Virus record (IMG/VR): IMGVR_UViG_3300024229_000651
From: a virus
Taxonomy: Duplodnaviria; Caudoviricetes
DNA: 64,000 bases
Reading direction: 5' to 3' (one strand)
The notes beneath the pieces were generated by a model. That model was not told the origin of the DNA. It did not search any database and saw only the letters and a program-made list of their open reading frames with translations. Positions 56,132-64,000 of the stretch are shown piece by piece. The position numbers were made by a program, and so were the translations under genes. Numbering within the stretch: position 1 is the first letter of the stretch; each line of letters starts with the position of its first letter.

Positions 56132-56530
56132 TTATTTTTTCTTTATGCGTTGACGAAGACGATCCTGTTGTTCTCTAACCGGCTTCATTTTCTTTTTGGT
56201 TTTAAGATGTTTTAATCCACTAGTAGCATACTGCACATGTTCACCAGATATTTCCTTCTCTGTGACTGATCTCTGCCACCGCTTTGCAGCTTGTGCCTTT
56301 GATCTGCGCTTAGTTTCGCTTGGCTTTTCGTAATACATATTTTTTGATATAGTCTTCTGAAAGTCATCACGCTCTAATCTCTTTTTTAGAATTCGTAGTG
56401 CTTTACCTACATCGCCGCCTCGGACTTCGACCCCAGGTTTAAAATAATCAAAAAAGTTTTCTTTTGGTCTTGTGTCGTTACCCTTATTATTCCAAGACTT
56501 GGAATAATTGTTATTCTTATGTTTGTTCAA
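56132..56530 (-). CDS. rpsU: Ribosomal protein bS21 with N- and C-terminal extensions
   Basis: VEVRGGDVGKALRILKK...YYEKPSETKRR...AAKR core; TTG start with GAGGA SD. Confidence 0.82.
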   Translation of the reverse strand: MNKHKNNNYSKSWNNKGNDTRPKENFFDYFKPGVEVRGGDVGKALRILKKRLERDDFQKTISKNMYYEKPSETKRRSKAQAAKRWQRSVTEKEISGEHVQYATSGLKHLKTKKKMKPVREQQDRLRQRIKKK

Positions 56531-57791
56531 TTTGTCCTCTCAATAAAACAGTGTAATGTTTGTCTATTTCTTCTACTCCGTTACTATAAACGAGAGTAGG
56601 CGCCGGCATATCACTTATCTTTGGGTATTGATTAAAAATTACTTTTGTGACACCAGCGTCTTGTAATTCGGGTGCTCTATACATGATACTGTGTAAACTT
56701 GCTTCCACAATGCTGCGTATACCTCGAGCGCCTATACCCTTTGAATGAGCAATTTCTGATACTGTTTTATAATAGCTATCAGAAAACTCTAATTCTATAT
56801 TATCCATTAAAAGCAAGTTCTTGGATTCTTTTATAACACTAACATCCGACGATGTCATTATTTCAATCATGTCATCCTCTGCTAATTCACTTAGAGAAAC
56901 AATAGTAGACAACCTTCCAACAAATTCAGGTATCAACCCATATGTTATCAAGTCTTTATGTGAAATAGACTGCCTCCAACTAGCTTTGTCTGTATTACTT
57001 ATATCTGCGCCGAAACCAATACTACGTTTATTGAACCTAGCATTAACTGTTTTTTCCAAACCAACAAAAGCGCCACTGCAGATAAAAAGTACATTGCTAG
57101 TATCGAATTCGACAAAGCCATCAGATTTTTTACTGCTAGGCATAGGCACTTTGATGACAGTGCCTTCTATAAGTCTCAACAACGCCTGTTGTACGCCCTC
57201 ACCACTGATATCTTTTGTAGACGAGTTTGATTCGCTACTTCTAGATTTTTTATCTATCTCGTCTATAAATATTATACCTTGTTGTGCACGTTTTACATCC
57301 CAGTCGCAAATGTTAAGTAATCTCTCTACAACACTTTCAACATCCTCTCCAACATAACCCGCTTCTGTAAGAGTAGTTGCATCAGCAATTGCAAACGGCA
57401 CAGACAGTACTGTTGCCAGTGTTTGCGCTAATAGTGTTTTGCCGCTACCTGTGGGGCCGATCATTAACACATTGCTCTTGCCTATTTTGGCATCACCAGC
57501 TTCCAAACTAGATATACGCTTGTAATGATTATACGAAGCTATACTTAGAATTTTCTTTGCTGTTGTTTGGCTAATTATTGTTCGGTCTAATCTATCACAT
57601 ATTTCAGTAGGCGATAACAGTGAACTTACTTCTTCGAGCAAATCTTCGTTGGTTGCATCGCTTAAGATGTTTGCACTGACACTTATACATTCATCGCAGA
57701 TAAATGCTACAGGACCTGCTATTAATTTGTTAACTTGGTCTCGTCTTTTGCCGCAAAAACTACACGAATAGTTCTGTTCTTGTGTACTCAT
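56517..57791 (-). CDS. clpX: ATP-dependent Clp protease ATPase ClpX
   Basis: CSFCGK...CDEC Zn domain, GPTGSGKT, AGYVGED, IDEIDK, GEGVQQALL, SIGF loop, GARG. Confidence 0.93.
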   Translation of the reverse strand: MSTQEQNYSCSFCGKRRDQVNKLIAGPVAFICDECISVSANILSDATNEDLLEEVSSLLSPTEICDRLDRTIISQTTAKKILSIASYNHYKRISSLEAGDAKIGKSNVLMIGPTGSGKTLLAQTLATVLSVPFAIADATTLTEAGYVGEDVESVVERLLNICDWDVKRAQQGIIFIDEIDKKSRSSESNSSTKDISGEGVQQALLRLIEGTVIKVPMPSSKKSDGFVEFDTSNVLFICSGAFVGLEKTVNARFNKRSIGFGADISNTDKASWRQSISHKDLITYGLIPEFVGRLSTIVSLSELAEDDMIEIMTSSDVSVIKESKNLLLMDNIELEFSDSYYKTVSEIAHSKGIGARGIRSIVEASLHSIMYRAPELQDAGVTKVIFNQYPKISDMPAPTLVYSNGVEEIDKHYTVLLRGQIEQT

Positions 57792-58201
57792 TTTTTGCTT
57801 GTATACCTCGGCTTTGTTGGCTTATCGTTATCTTCAGAAGGTAAAGGAACTGCCCAAAACCCTAACGCTCTATTTACTTCTTCTTCGCTAAGTTTTTGTA
57901 ATTTGTCGAATATATCTTTTTCGCTGAAATCTTCTTTATTAAAATCGGAATTAACAAGAAGTCTTGCAGCTTCATGCAAATAAGCATCGGGTTCAACACC
58001 GTCTTTGAGTTGCGTTAATTCTTTTTCTAACATTCGTATGCGGTCAACATACATACGTTCAGTTCTAGAAGACATGGGGACAACTACAGTCCTTTTCTCT
58101 TCTTGGCTTTCTTGCGAGTGTTTTAGCTTTATCAACGCTGTTTCATACTTTTTAAGCAAACTTTCAAAAGCAAGTTGCACTTGATTATTGTTCATTGCCA
58201 A
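57788..58201 (-). CDS. Hypothetical coiled-coil protein
   Basis: Co-oriented ORF. Confidence 0.65.
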   Translation of the reverse strand: MAMNNNQVQLAFESLLKKYETALIKLKHSQESQEEKRTVVVPMSSRTERMYVDRIRMLEKELTQLKDGVEPDAYLHEAARLLVNSDFNKEDFSEKDIFDKLQKLSEEEVNRALGFWAVPLPSEDNDKPTKPRYTSKK

Positions 58202-58430
58202 GGACGGTATGCTCTAGTTCCACAATGGACTGGGGAATTGTTAGGTCAACATCTATAGTCGGCTCTGTATTGTTTTCTTCTTCTAGCTCTGTAATTCTCT
58301 TTGCTTGAGCAGCCATGGAACTCTCAAGACTTTCTGATTTATCGATAGAGTCAGCTAAAAGTTTTAATGTATTTCCGTATTTTTCGTATAATACGTCTAA
58401 CGCTGTTTGTATTTCTTCTTTACTCGCCAT
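58185..58430 (-). CDS. Hypothetical protein, 81 aa
   Basis: Co-oriented ORF. Confidence 0.6.
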   Translation of the reverse strand: MASKEEIQTALDVLYEKYGNTLKLLADSIDKSESLESSMAAQAKRITELEEENNTEPTIDVDLTIPQSIVELEHTVLGNEQ

Positions 58431-60060
58431 CTTGTGTTCCTTTTAATTTTTTAGATAATTCATTTTCCAAATCAATTATTGTTTGAGGTGTACCTATTTC
58501 TACATTTGTATCAGTTTCTATTATAACTTCTTTTGGTCTGTCAATCAATAATTTTTTAATTTTATCTAGTTCATTTCTCAATGCTGCACTTTCTGCTGCA
58601 GAACTTGCAGCCATAGTTATTGCTATGCTGTCTGATTCACTGTTGTCATGCGCACTGCTGTGTTCACCAGTTCCCCCCACTTGTTGTAAATGTATACTGT
58701 TGTCTGTTGTACTCCCTCCTTGGGAAGAATCTTGTAGGTTGTCTTTGTTGTCTGCCTGTCTATCAACGGCTCCCCCATTATCGGGCGAGCTGGTAATGCT
58801 GGCATCGCTATTATCGGCTGGATCTCTGTCATTGTCTGGTGCCTCACTTTCTAAATTAATTCCATATCTTATCAATGTCTGGTTCGCAGCTATTAATAGT
58901 ATCACAGCTAACGGGTCAAAAACAAACACCAACATCAGTATGAATAGTCTGACTGACTGATCTAAATAGTCAGCTGAATCATTTCCGTACAGTAGTTGTG
59001 CAACGTACTTTATAGGTCCGACTTCCTTTTCTAAAACACGTACAACGCTTTCTGCTTCAAACTTCTCATCTTTAAGTATAGCTATACCGTCATACAATGT
59101 ATCTATCTGATTGTTGTAGTCGTCGACCTGTTCTAATGTATCGTCTTGATCTTGAGCGTTTGATCCCCGCAAATTATTAATTTCAGCGTTTGCATTATCT
59201 ATAGTAGTCTGTGCTTGTTGTCTATAACGATCAATGGCGCTTTGAAAAGTTTTAATATCAGTATTAGATTGAGATCGTAATAATTGACGTTGGTCGTTAA
59301 GACTACTTTTTTGATCTATAATTTCGAGTCTTTCTGCTTGTTGGGAATCTCGTAAATCATTTGCCTGTTGTACATAATCGATAGTTTCTGTTTCGGCACG
59401 TCTGAATGCGCCGCCTGCGTCTGTTTCGATAACCTCTACACCTTTGCTTCGTAAAGTATTTACTGCAGAATCCAATGTACTCAGTCTAGTATCAATTTTT
59501 TCTTCTCTAGCATCCACACCCTGCAAATCTAAAGTTAACTGGTCTCTTACGCTTGAAATCTGTTGCTGATTATAATCTATGTCACCTTGGACTTGTTGCC
59601 AAGCGCCATCACGAATACTTTCTTGCTGTGTAATACTGCTACTTATATCAAGACCGGTATTGCCTGATAGTCCGTTTATTCTATCAGTTAATATAGATAT
59701 TTTATTTTCTTCTCTACTTATTTGACCATCTAGTCTCTCTACAGCAGCAATGGCATCACTACTAACTCCTGCTTGGTCTAAATGAGCCTTACTTAAATAT
59801 CCAAAAATGCCCATGCTTGTTATCAGCATCAACACCAAAACTGCAACTGTGAGATAAGATTTAATAAACAGTCCCGCAGTATTCCAATATCGATACAGCC
59901 AACTTGCTGTGAGCAACTTGCCTACTTCTAATGTGCCCGCCATTATAGCAATCTCTAATGCACTTGCACTAAATATTGCCATTAGTCCTTCTATACTAAA
60001 CCAGGCTGCAACGCCTGCAATAGCTAAGGATATAAATAATGTTAAGAATCCAAAAATCAT
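58420..60060 (-). CDS. Membrane protein with long coiled coil
   Basis: Start refined to MIFGFLTL (5 nt after ATAAATA 60066-60072); three N-terminal TMs, long coiled coil, one TM (VFDPLAV). Confidence 0.8.
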   Translation of the reverse strand: MIFGFLTLFISLAIAGVAAWFSIEGLMAIFSASALEIAIMAGTLEVGKLLTASWLYRYWNTAGLFIKSYLTVAVLVLMLITSMGIFGYLSKAHLDQAGVSSDAIAAVERLDGQISREENKISILTDRINGLSGNTGLDISSSITQQESIRDGAWQQVQGDIDYNQQQISSVRDQLTLDLQGVDAREEKIDTRLSTLDSAVNTLRSKGVEVIETDAGGAFRRAETETIDYVQQANDLRDSQQAERLEIIDQKSSLNDQRQLLRSQSNTDIKTFQSAIDRYRQQAQTTIDNANAEINNLRGSNAQDQDDTLEQVDDYNNQIDTLYDGIAILKDEKFEAESVVRVLEKEVGPIKYVAQLLYGNDSADYLDQSVRLFILMLVFVFDPLAVILLIAANQTLIRYGINLESEAPDNDRDPADNSDASITSSPDNGGAVDRQADNKDNLQDSSQGGSTTDNSIHLQQVGGTGEHSSAHDNSESDSIAITMAASSAAESAALRNELDKIKKLLIDRPKEVIIETDTNVEIGTPQTIIDLENELSKKLKGTQDGE

Positions 60061-60133
60061 AACTGTATTTATCTGATAAAATGCTGTTATATTATATTCT
60101 TGAAGTTTAAAACGGAGTAATAAACACACTTAC

Positions 60134-61366
60134 ATGCAATTTTATCACTATAAAGGAATGAAACTTTCAACAATAGTTATTGATCCCAGCTCTAACGAGG
60201 CACTAAATTTAATAGATGAGCAGAAAGCAGATGACAAGTATTGGTGCCGATGGCGCTTTCATAGTTTTTTCGAATCGCCGAATGATTGGCGAATTACTCA
60301 GTTACTATCAGAAAGTGCACTTAATCACATCATAAATTGCAGTCAGGATCTAGATGACCGAACAGGACATTTTATATATTTAGACGATTTTTTATCAAAT
60401 GATTTTGACGACACATATTACTTCGAAATACCCATGAGTCTTTGGTATATATTGAAGGATCGCAAAAGGGTGTTTGCTAATAAAAATATAGTTCTATCAC
60501 AACCTGCTGAATGTTTCTTTGTAGGGCTAAAATGTGACCAACTGTATTACCCTTCGTTGATAGAGCAAGACCCCACCGTTCTCACAGATCTTTCTGCATG
60601 CAAATCTGCATCAGTTGTGTGGGATAACATAGATCCTCGAAACAGCGAAAGATTCCCTGATATCAATTGGATACCTGGCAACATCTGGCTTGCTGAATAT
60701 GCTCATAGACAGCACACCTTCACAGATAACATAATTACACATAGAAAACAACTCAGGGAAAATGTGTTAAAAGATAAAAAACATAACTTTGTTGCATTAC
60801 TAGGTAAGACTAAAAAGCATCGTGTCGATTTTGCACAGAAGGTACTAGAACAGAATTTACATCTGGATAATGAAGTAGGAACAAACTTCAGAGAAGAGCA
60901 TGACGACTATGCATCTTTTTGTCTAAAGTACGAGAAAGATAATAATTTCCAATATTGCAACGACCGAGACATGGCGCCAGAATGGTATCAAGATTGTAAG
61001 GTTTGGATATCACTTGAAACAGCATATAATGACTTAGAAATACCATCTGATGGATTGCAATTTTCTCAACTAACAGAAAAAACGTTTAAACCCATGGCAT
61101 ACGGTATGCCTTTCTTAGTCAATGGTGGATATGGTATTTTTGATTACATAGAGGAATTAGGTTTTAAAACCTTTAAAGATGTTTTTGGTGACTATACTGG
61201 GTCGACATACGAAGAAACAAATAACAACATAATAGAGATATTAAAAAATCTAGATTCGTATAATTGGGATTTGGTCGCTGATCATTGTGAACACAATTAT
61301 GATGTGTTGATGCATTGGACAAAGATTAAAGTATTGGATTTATATCTAGATAAACTTATGAGGTAG
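60134..61366 (+). CDS. Putative glycosyltransferase (GT10-like E...TEK motif)
   Basis: ISLET...QLTEKTFKPMAYGMPF...LGFKTF. Confidence 0.5.
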   Translation: MQFYHYKGMKLSTIVIDPSSNEALNLIDEQKADDKYWCRWRFHSFFESPNDWRITQLLSESALNHIINCSQDLDDRTGHFIYLDDFLSNDFDDTYYFEIPMSLWYILKDRKRVFANKNIVLSQPAECFFVGLKCDQLYYPSLIEQDPTVLTDLSACKSASVVWDNIDPRNSERFPDINWIPGNIWLAEYAHRQHTFTDNIITHRKQLRENVLKDKKHNFVALLGKTKKHRVDFAQKVLEQNLHLDNEVGTNFREEHDDYASFCLKYEKDNNFQYCNDRDMAPEWYQDCKVWISLETAYNDLEIPSDGLQFSQLTEKTFKPMAYGMPFLVNGGYGIFDYIEELGFKTFKDVFGDYTGSTYEETNNNIIEILKNLDSYNWDLVADHCEHNYDVLMHWTKIKVLDLYLDKLMR

Positions 61367-61459
61367 CGGCCCATTCGTCAATGGGCATACCACTTTCTAA
61401 TCTATAGTATTATATCATATACACTGCTATTGCTCGTCAGCGGGCAAACAGTTACGCCG

Positions 61460-61909
61460 TTACTTTTCGTAAATTGCTGAATTCGCTCCGTGCTCTGCAC
61501 ACTCTGCTCGTACACAGTAGCAACGGTTGTCACTCATTTCACGTACTAGTTTGTCTGCAAAGTTAAATGCGTGTTGCGCAAACTTCTCTGCACCTACTCC
61601 ATCCATTACTACAATTTCTGCTAGATCAAGTTCTTGTAATTCCATAAACTTGTCTAAGAATGGATCGTCTTTGTCAATTGCTGTCTTGTGATCAAAGTGA
61701 TCTTCTAACCACTTCTTCAAAGGCTTTAATCCGCCAAAGTCAACTGCCCAGTTTTTATTGTCTAATTCATCACATCCAAATGTAAATGTAAACGCTAAAC
61801 TGTAGCCATGTAACAAATGACAATGTGAATGATCTGCATTAGGTTGCCTAAATACTGCTGACAGTCCAATGTTGTGTCCGTAATGTTTTGTACTTAAAAA
61901 TCTTGCCAT
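61460..61909 (-). CDS. queD: 6-carboxytetrahydropterin synthase QueD-like
   Basis: HSHCHLLHGY, VDFGGLK, FDH, GAE; AGGAG SD. Confidence 0.85.
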   Translation of the reverse strand: MARFLSTKHYGHNIGLSAVFRQPNADHSHCHLLHGYSLAFTFTFGCDELDNKNWAVDFGGLKPLKKWLEDHFDHKTAIDKDDPFLDKFMELQELDLAEIVVMDGVGAEKFAQHAFNFADKLVREMSDNRCYCVRAECAEHGANSAIYEK

Positions 61910-61928
61910 ATTAGTCTCCTATTCCAGG

Positions 61929-62213
61929 TTATGTTAAAATACTACTAGTTTGTTCACTATACAATTTAGCAATTTCATCTTGTGTTTTTGCATAAGCTAG
62001 AATGTGAGACAAACTAATTGTAAACTTAGCCGAATTAGTTGTTACCATAAACGGTATTAAGCCCATATTTCCATCAGGACTTCTAGCAACAATCATAGGT
62101 TTACTGAGTTCAAGTGAAGTACCGGTGTCCTTAACAAGGGTGCCCAGCATTTCCTCTCCAGTCGAAAGGCGAACACTAACAACATCACCTTGCTTTGTAA
62201 TATCTAATAACAT
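61929..62213 (-). CDS. Hypothetical protein (Sm-like beta pattern)
   Basis: GDVVSVRLSTGEEMLG...LSKP; AGGA SD. Confidence 0.65.
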   Translation of the reverse strand: MLLDITKQGDVVSVRLSTGEEMLGTLVKDTGTSLELSKPMIVARSPDGNMGLIPFMVTTNSAKFTISLSHILAYAKTQDEIAKLYSEQTSSILT

Positions 62214-62247
62214 TTTTATTCCTATAAGATTAAGTTATACAATAAGT

Positions 62248-62276
62248 ATTGTACAACCTTACTTAGGCAATGTCAA
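62248..62276 (-). promoter_or_regulatory. sigma70-like promoter
   Basis: TTGACA-17-TACAAT. Confidence 0.7.
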
Positions 62277-62298
62277 GCATTAATAAAGATTTTTTGGA

Positions 62299-62766
62299 TT
62301 ATTTTAAGCCAGCTTGTTCAAGGGTAATTTTTACAACGCCTGCTTCAATTAATTTCTTTCGGTTTTTAAGATGCAGTTTTGCCGAGTCTTCTTTGTTACC
62401 ACCCGTATATTTTACTGCATGACCTTCTTCTAGCAAAATTTTTGTAACAGGTCTCCATGCATCCTTTGCATGATCATACACCGTGAAGTCTCCGAGGATA
62501 CGTCCAAACTTACCTTTCATATCTTCGCCGTCTTTGTTGACTTGCGTTTGCAATACAGCTGATTTGCTAAGGAGCTCTTTTAATCTGTTTTTAGCAGCCA
62601 GTCCAAATTTCTTCTCAACTTTATCTCTAGTTCTACTTTCGGGTGTGTCTATTCCCATTATCCGAACACGCTCATCTGTCAGCCATACACCGAATCCTAA
62701 GTCTATGTCTACATCTACTGTGTCGCCGTCTACTATCTTGACGACCTTACATTTATACTCGTACAT
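62299..62766 (-). CDS. Thermonuclease (SNase)-family nuclease
   Basis: VVKIVDGDTVD, RVRIMGIDTPE, KFGRILG; GGAG SD; ATAAATA at 62795-62801. Confidence 0.87.
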   Translation of the reverse strand: MYEYKCKVVKIVDGDTVDVDIDLGFGVWLTDERVRIMGIDTPESRTRDKVEKKFGLAAKNRLKELLSKSAVLQTQVNKDGEDMKGKFGRILGDFTVYDHAKDAWRPVTKILLEEGHAVKYTGGNKEDSAKLHLKNRKKLIEAGVVKITLEQAGLK

Positions 62767-62802
62767 CGAAAAATACTCCTTATCATTAAAGTAGTATTTA
62801 TT

Positions 62803-63438
62803 TTAATGTATGTAAAAGGAGTGGTTTTGAATTGTTGCAACATATGTAAGTTCAGCGGCCCAGTACGGATTTACAAGATGGTGGTTAAAATAATGGGTGC
62901 TTCCGTTTGTGGGATCTGGCATTTCATTATATAGTACTTCCCAAGCAATTCCTTTAGCATTCTTCCAACTCCTAGACTCTGTGTCAATCAGATCGCTCTT
63001 ACCATCACAGAACCAAGAGAACTGACACCTAAATCTAACCGGAACGAGTCTGCCATGGTGTTCGTACCACCATGTAGAATAAACTGCTTGGTATACAACA
63101 TCACAAATCTTATCAGGAAATCGCCTACTCTTCATTCTGTTGTAAGTAACATGCGCAACTGCAATCTGCCCTGTCAATGATTCGCCCCGAGCTTCATGAT
63201 AGATATTTGTTGCCAAACAAATAATTGCTTCTTGGTCTACAACTGGCTGTTGTGGTTGGGGCTCCGTAATTGCTGTCTCTTCTTGTGGCTTTGGTACAGC
63301 AACAACAACAATATCTTCTAACGTCTCGGGTTGTGTGAATATATCGTAAAAAATATTGTTCAAATCCACAGCAACAATTGTTAAAAATATTGATATAGAA
63401 AATATTATATTTCTAAATACACGATAGTTATCAGTCAA
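62803..63438 (-). CDS. Cell wall hydrolase (SleB/Hydrolase_2) with N-terminal TM
   Basis: CLATNIYHEARGE, CQFSW, DPTNGSTHY, IQNHSFY. Confidence 0.88.
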   Translation of the reverse strand: MTDNYRVFRNIIFSISIFLTIVAVDLNNIFYDIFTQPETLEDIVVVAVPKPQEETAITEPQPQQPVVDQEAIICLATNIYHEARGESLTGQIAVAHVTYNRMKSRRFPDKICDVVYQAVYSTWWYEHHGRLVPVRFRCQFSWFCDGKSDLIDTESRSWKNAKGIAWEVLYNEMPDPTNGSTHYFNHHLVNPYWAAELTYVATIQNHSFYIH

Positions 63439-63467
63439 AGCAAATCCTCACATACTGTAATAACATA

Positions 63468-63496
63468 ATTATAGCATCAACTGTGTGATGTGTCAA
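63468..63496 (-). promoter_or_regulatory. Perfect sigma70 consensus promoter
   Basis: TTGACA-17-TATAAT upstream of the hydrolase gene. Confidence 0.78.
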
Positions 63497-63499
63497 GTA

Positions 63500-63847
63500 T
63501 TATTCTTTGAAGGGCGCCTTACTCACTTTATCCCATGCTTCTTGATTGGTGTATTTGATGTCTTCATACCCTGGCAAAGGTTCTTTGACCTTTCGAATAA
63601 CTGGCCAATTTTCTTCTTGGCTCATTTTTTTATTGAAATCTAGCCAATGGTGATCTTCTGGGGCAAGTTTTCTATCACTAACAATTGCATTTACTGGGCA
63701 TTCGGGTTCACAGATTGCACAATCGATGCAAATATCGGGATCAATAACAAGTGTATTCTCACCTTCAAAAAAGCAATCCACAGGGCAAACTTTAACGCAG
63801 GTGGTATGTTTACAGTCTACGCATTCACCCTTAACAACATATGTCAT
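63500..63847 (-). CDS. fdxA: 7Fe ferredoxin (FdxA type)
   Basis: MTYVV...CVDCKHTTCVKVCPVDCF...IDPDICIDCAICEPECPVNAI. Confidence 0.93.
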   Translation of the reverse strand: MTYVVKGECVDCKHTTCVKVCPVDCFFEGENTLVIDPDICIDCAICEPECPVNAIVSDRKLAPEDHHWLDFNKKMSQEENWPVIRKVKEPLPGYEDIKYTNQEAWDKVSKAPFKE

Positions 63848-64000
63848 ATTTTATTTTCCGATATTAATTTACATGTATTTACTATTTTTAGCTTATTTGT
63901 TACATTTTTCTAGGTTTATACTAAATAAAATTAAGCTGATTGGCAACACCGAGTTGACAATTTAAATTAGTTCGCACCACTCATTGAGATGTGCTATATA

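Noticed and set aside
61369-61440. Hairpin GCCCATT-CGTC-AATGGGC and a 10-codon minus-strand micro-ORF between convergent genes
   Set aside because: No T tract, SD or matched -35 box; most likely a simple 3' end structure.
61909-61930. preQ1 riboswitch upstream of queD
   Set aside because: The intergenic gap is only about 19 nt, and the preQ1-I stem and A-rich tail are missing.
1-64000. Stop-codon reassignment or selenocysteine recoding
   Set aside because: Recognisable genes are full length in the standard code and TAA, TAG and TGA all serve as stops. The only truncated-looking gene (DnaE piece) ends in TAA followed by an unrelated ORF.
1-64000. Ordinary bacterial chromosome (suf, clp, fab, rpsU and nadE look cellular)
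   Set aside because: These genes are interleaved with fibre, spanin, RFC-type clamp loader and many orphan ORFs, lack their usual bacterial operon partners, and share the same phage-type promoter motifs.

Overview
AT-rich, gene-dense window with almost all genes on the minus strand. It is best read as part of a very large dsDNA phage genome (T4-like/jumbo Caudoviricetes) infecting a Gram-negative host, probably a proteobacterium (host is inference). Phage evidence: collagen-repeat fibre genes, a two-component spanin pair, a gp44/RFC-type clamp loader, a lone GroES-like co-chaperonin, PhoH, a cell-wall hydrolase, and recurrent (G)ATAAATA late-promoter-like motifs alongside sigma70-consensus promoters. 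The window carries an unusually complete set of host-like functions: a Clp proteolysis set (ClpA, ClpS, ClpP, ClpX) plus DnaJ, GroES and Hsp20; a SUF Fe-S assembly cluster (sufB, DUF1289, sufC, sufD, sufS, sufT) with a 7Fe ferredoxin, a ferritin-like protein, a peroxiredoxin and a B12 radical SAM enzyme; ACP, FabF and a lipase; ribosomal protein bS21; NadE, GuaC and QueD; and many glycan-modifying enzymes. The most notable non-coding signals are a ROSE-like thermometer before hsp20, a multi-hairpin leader before an unannotated 52-aa ORF, a Pho-box-like array before an unannotated 40-aa ORF, and at least nine genes that appear to be transcribed leaderless from two promoter classes. No tRNA, rRNA, CRISPR array or IS element was recognised. 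All family assignments come from motif recognition by eye; no database searches were run.
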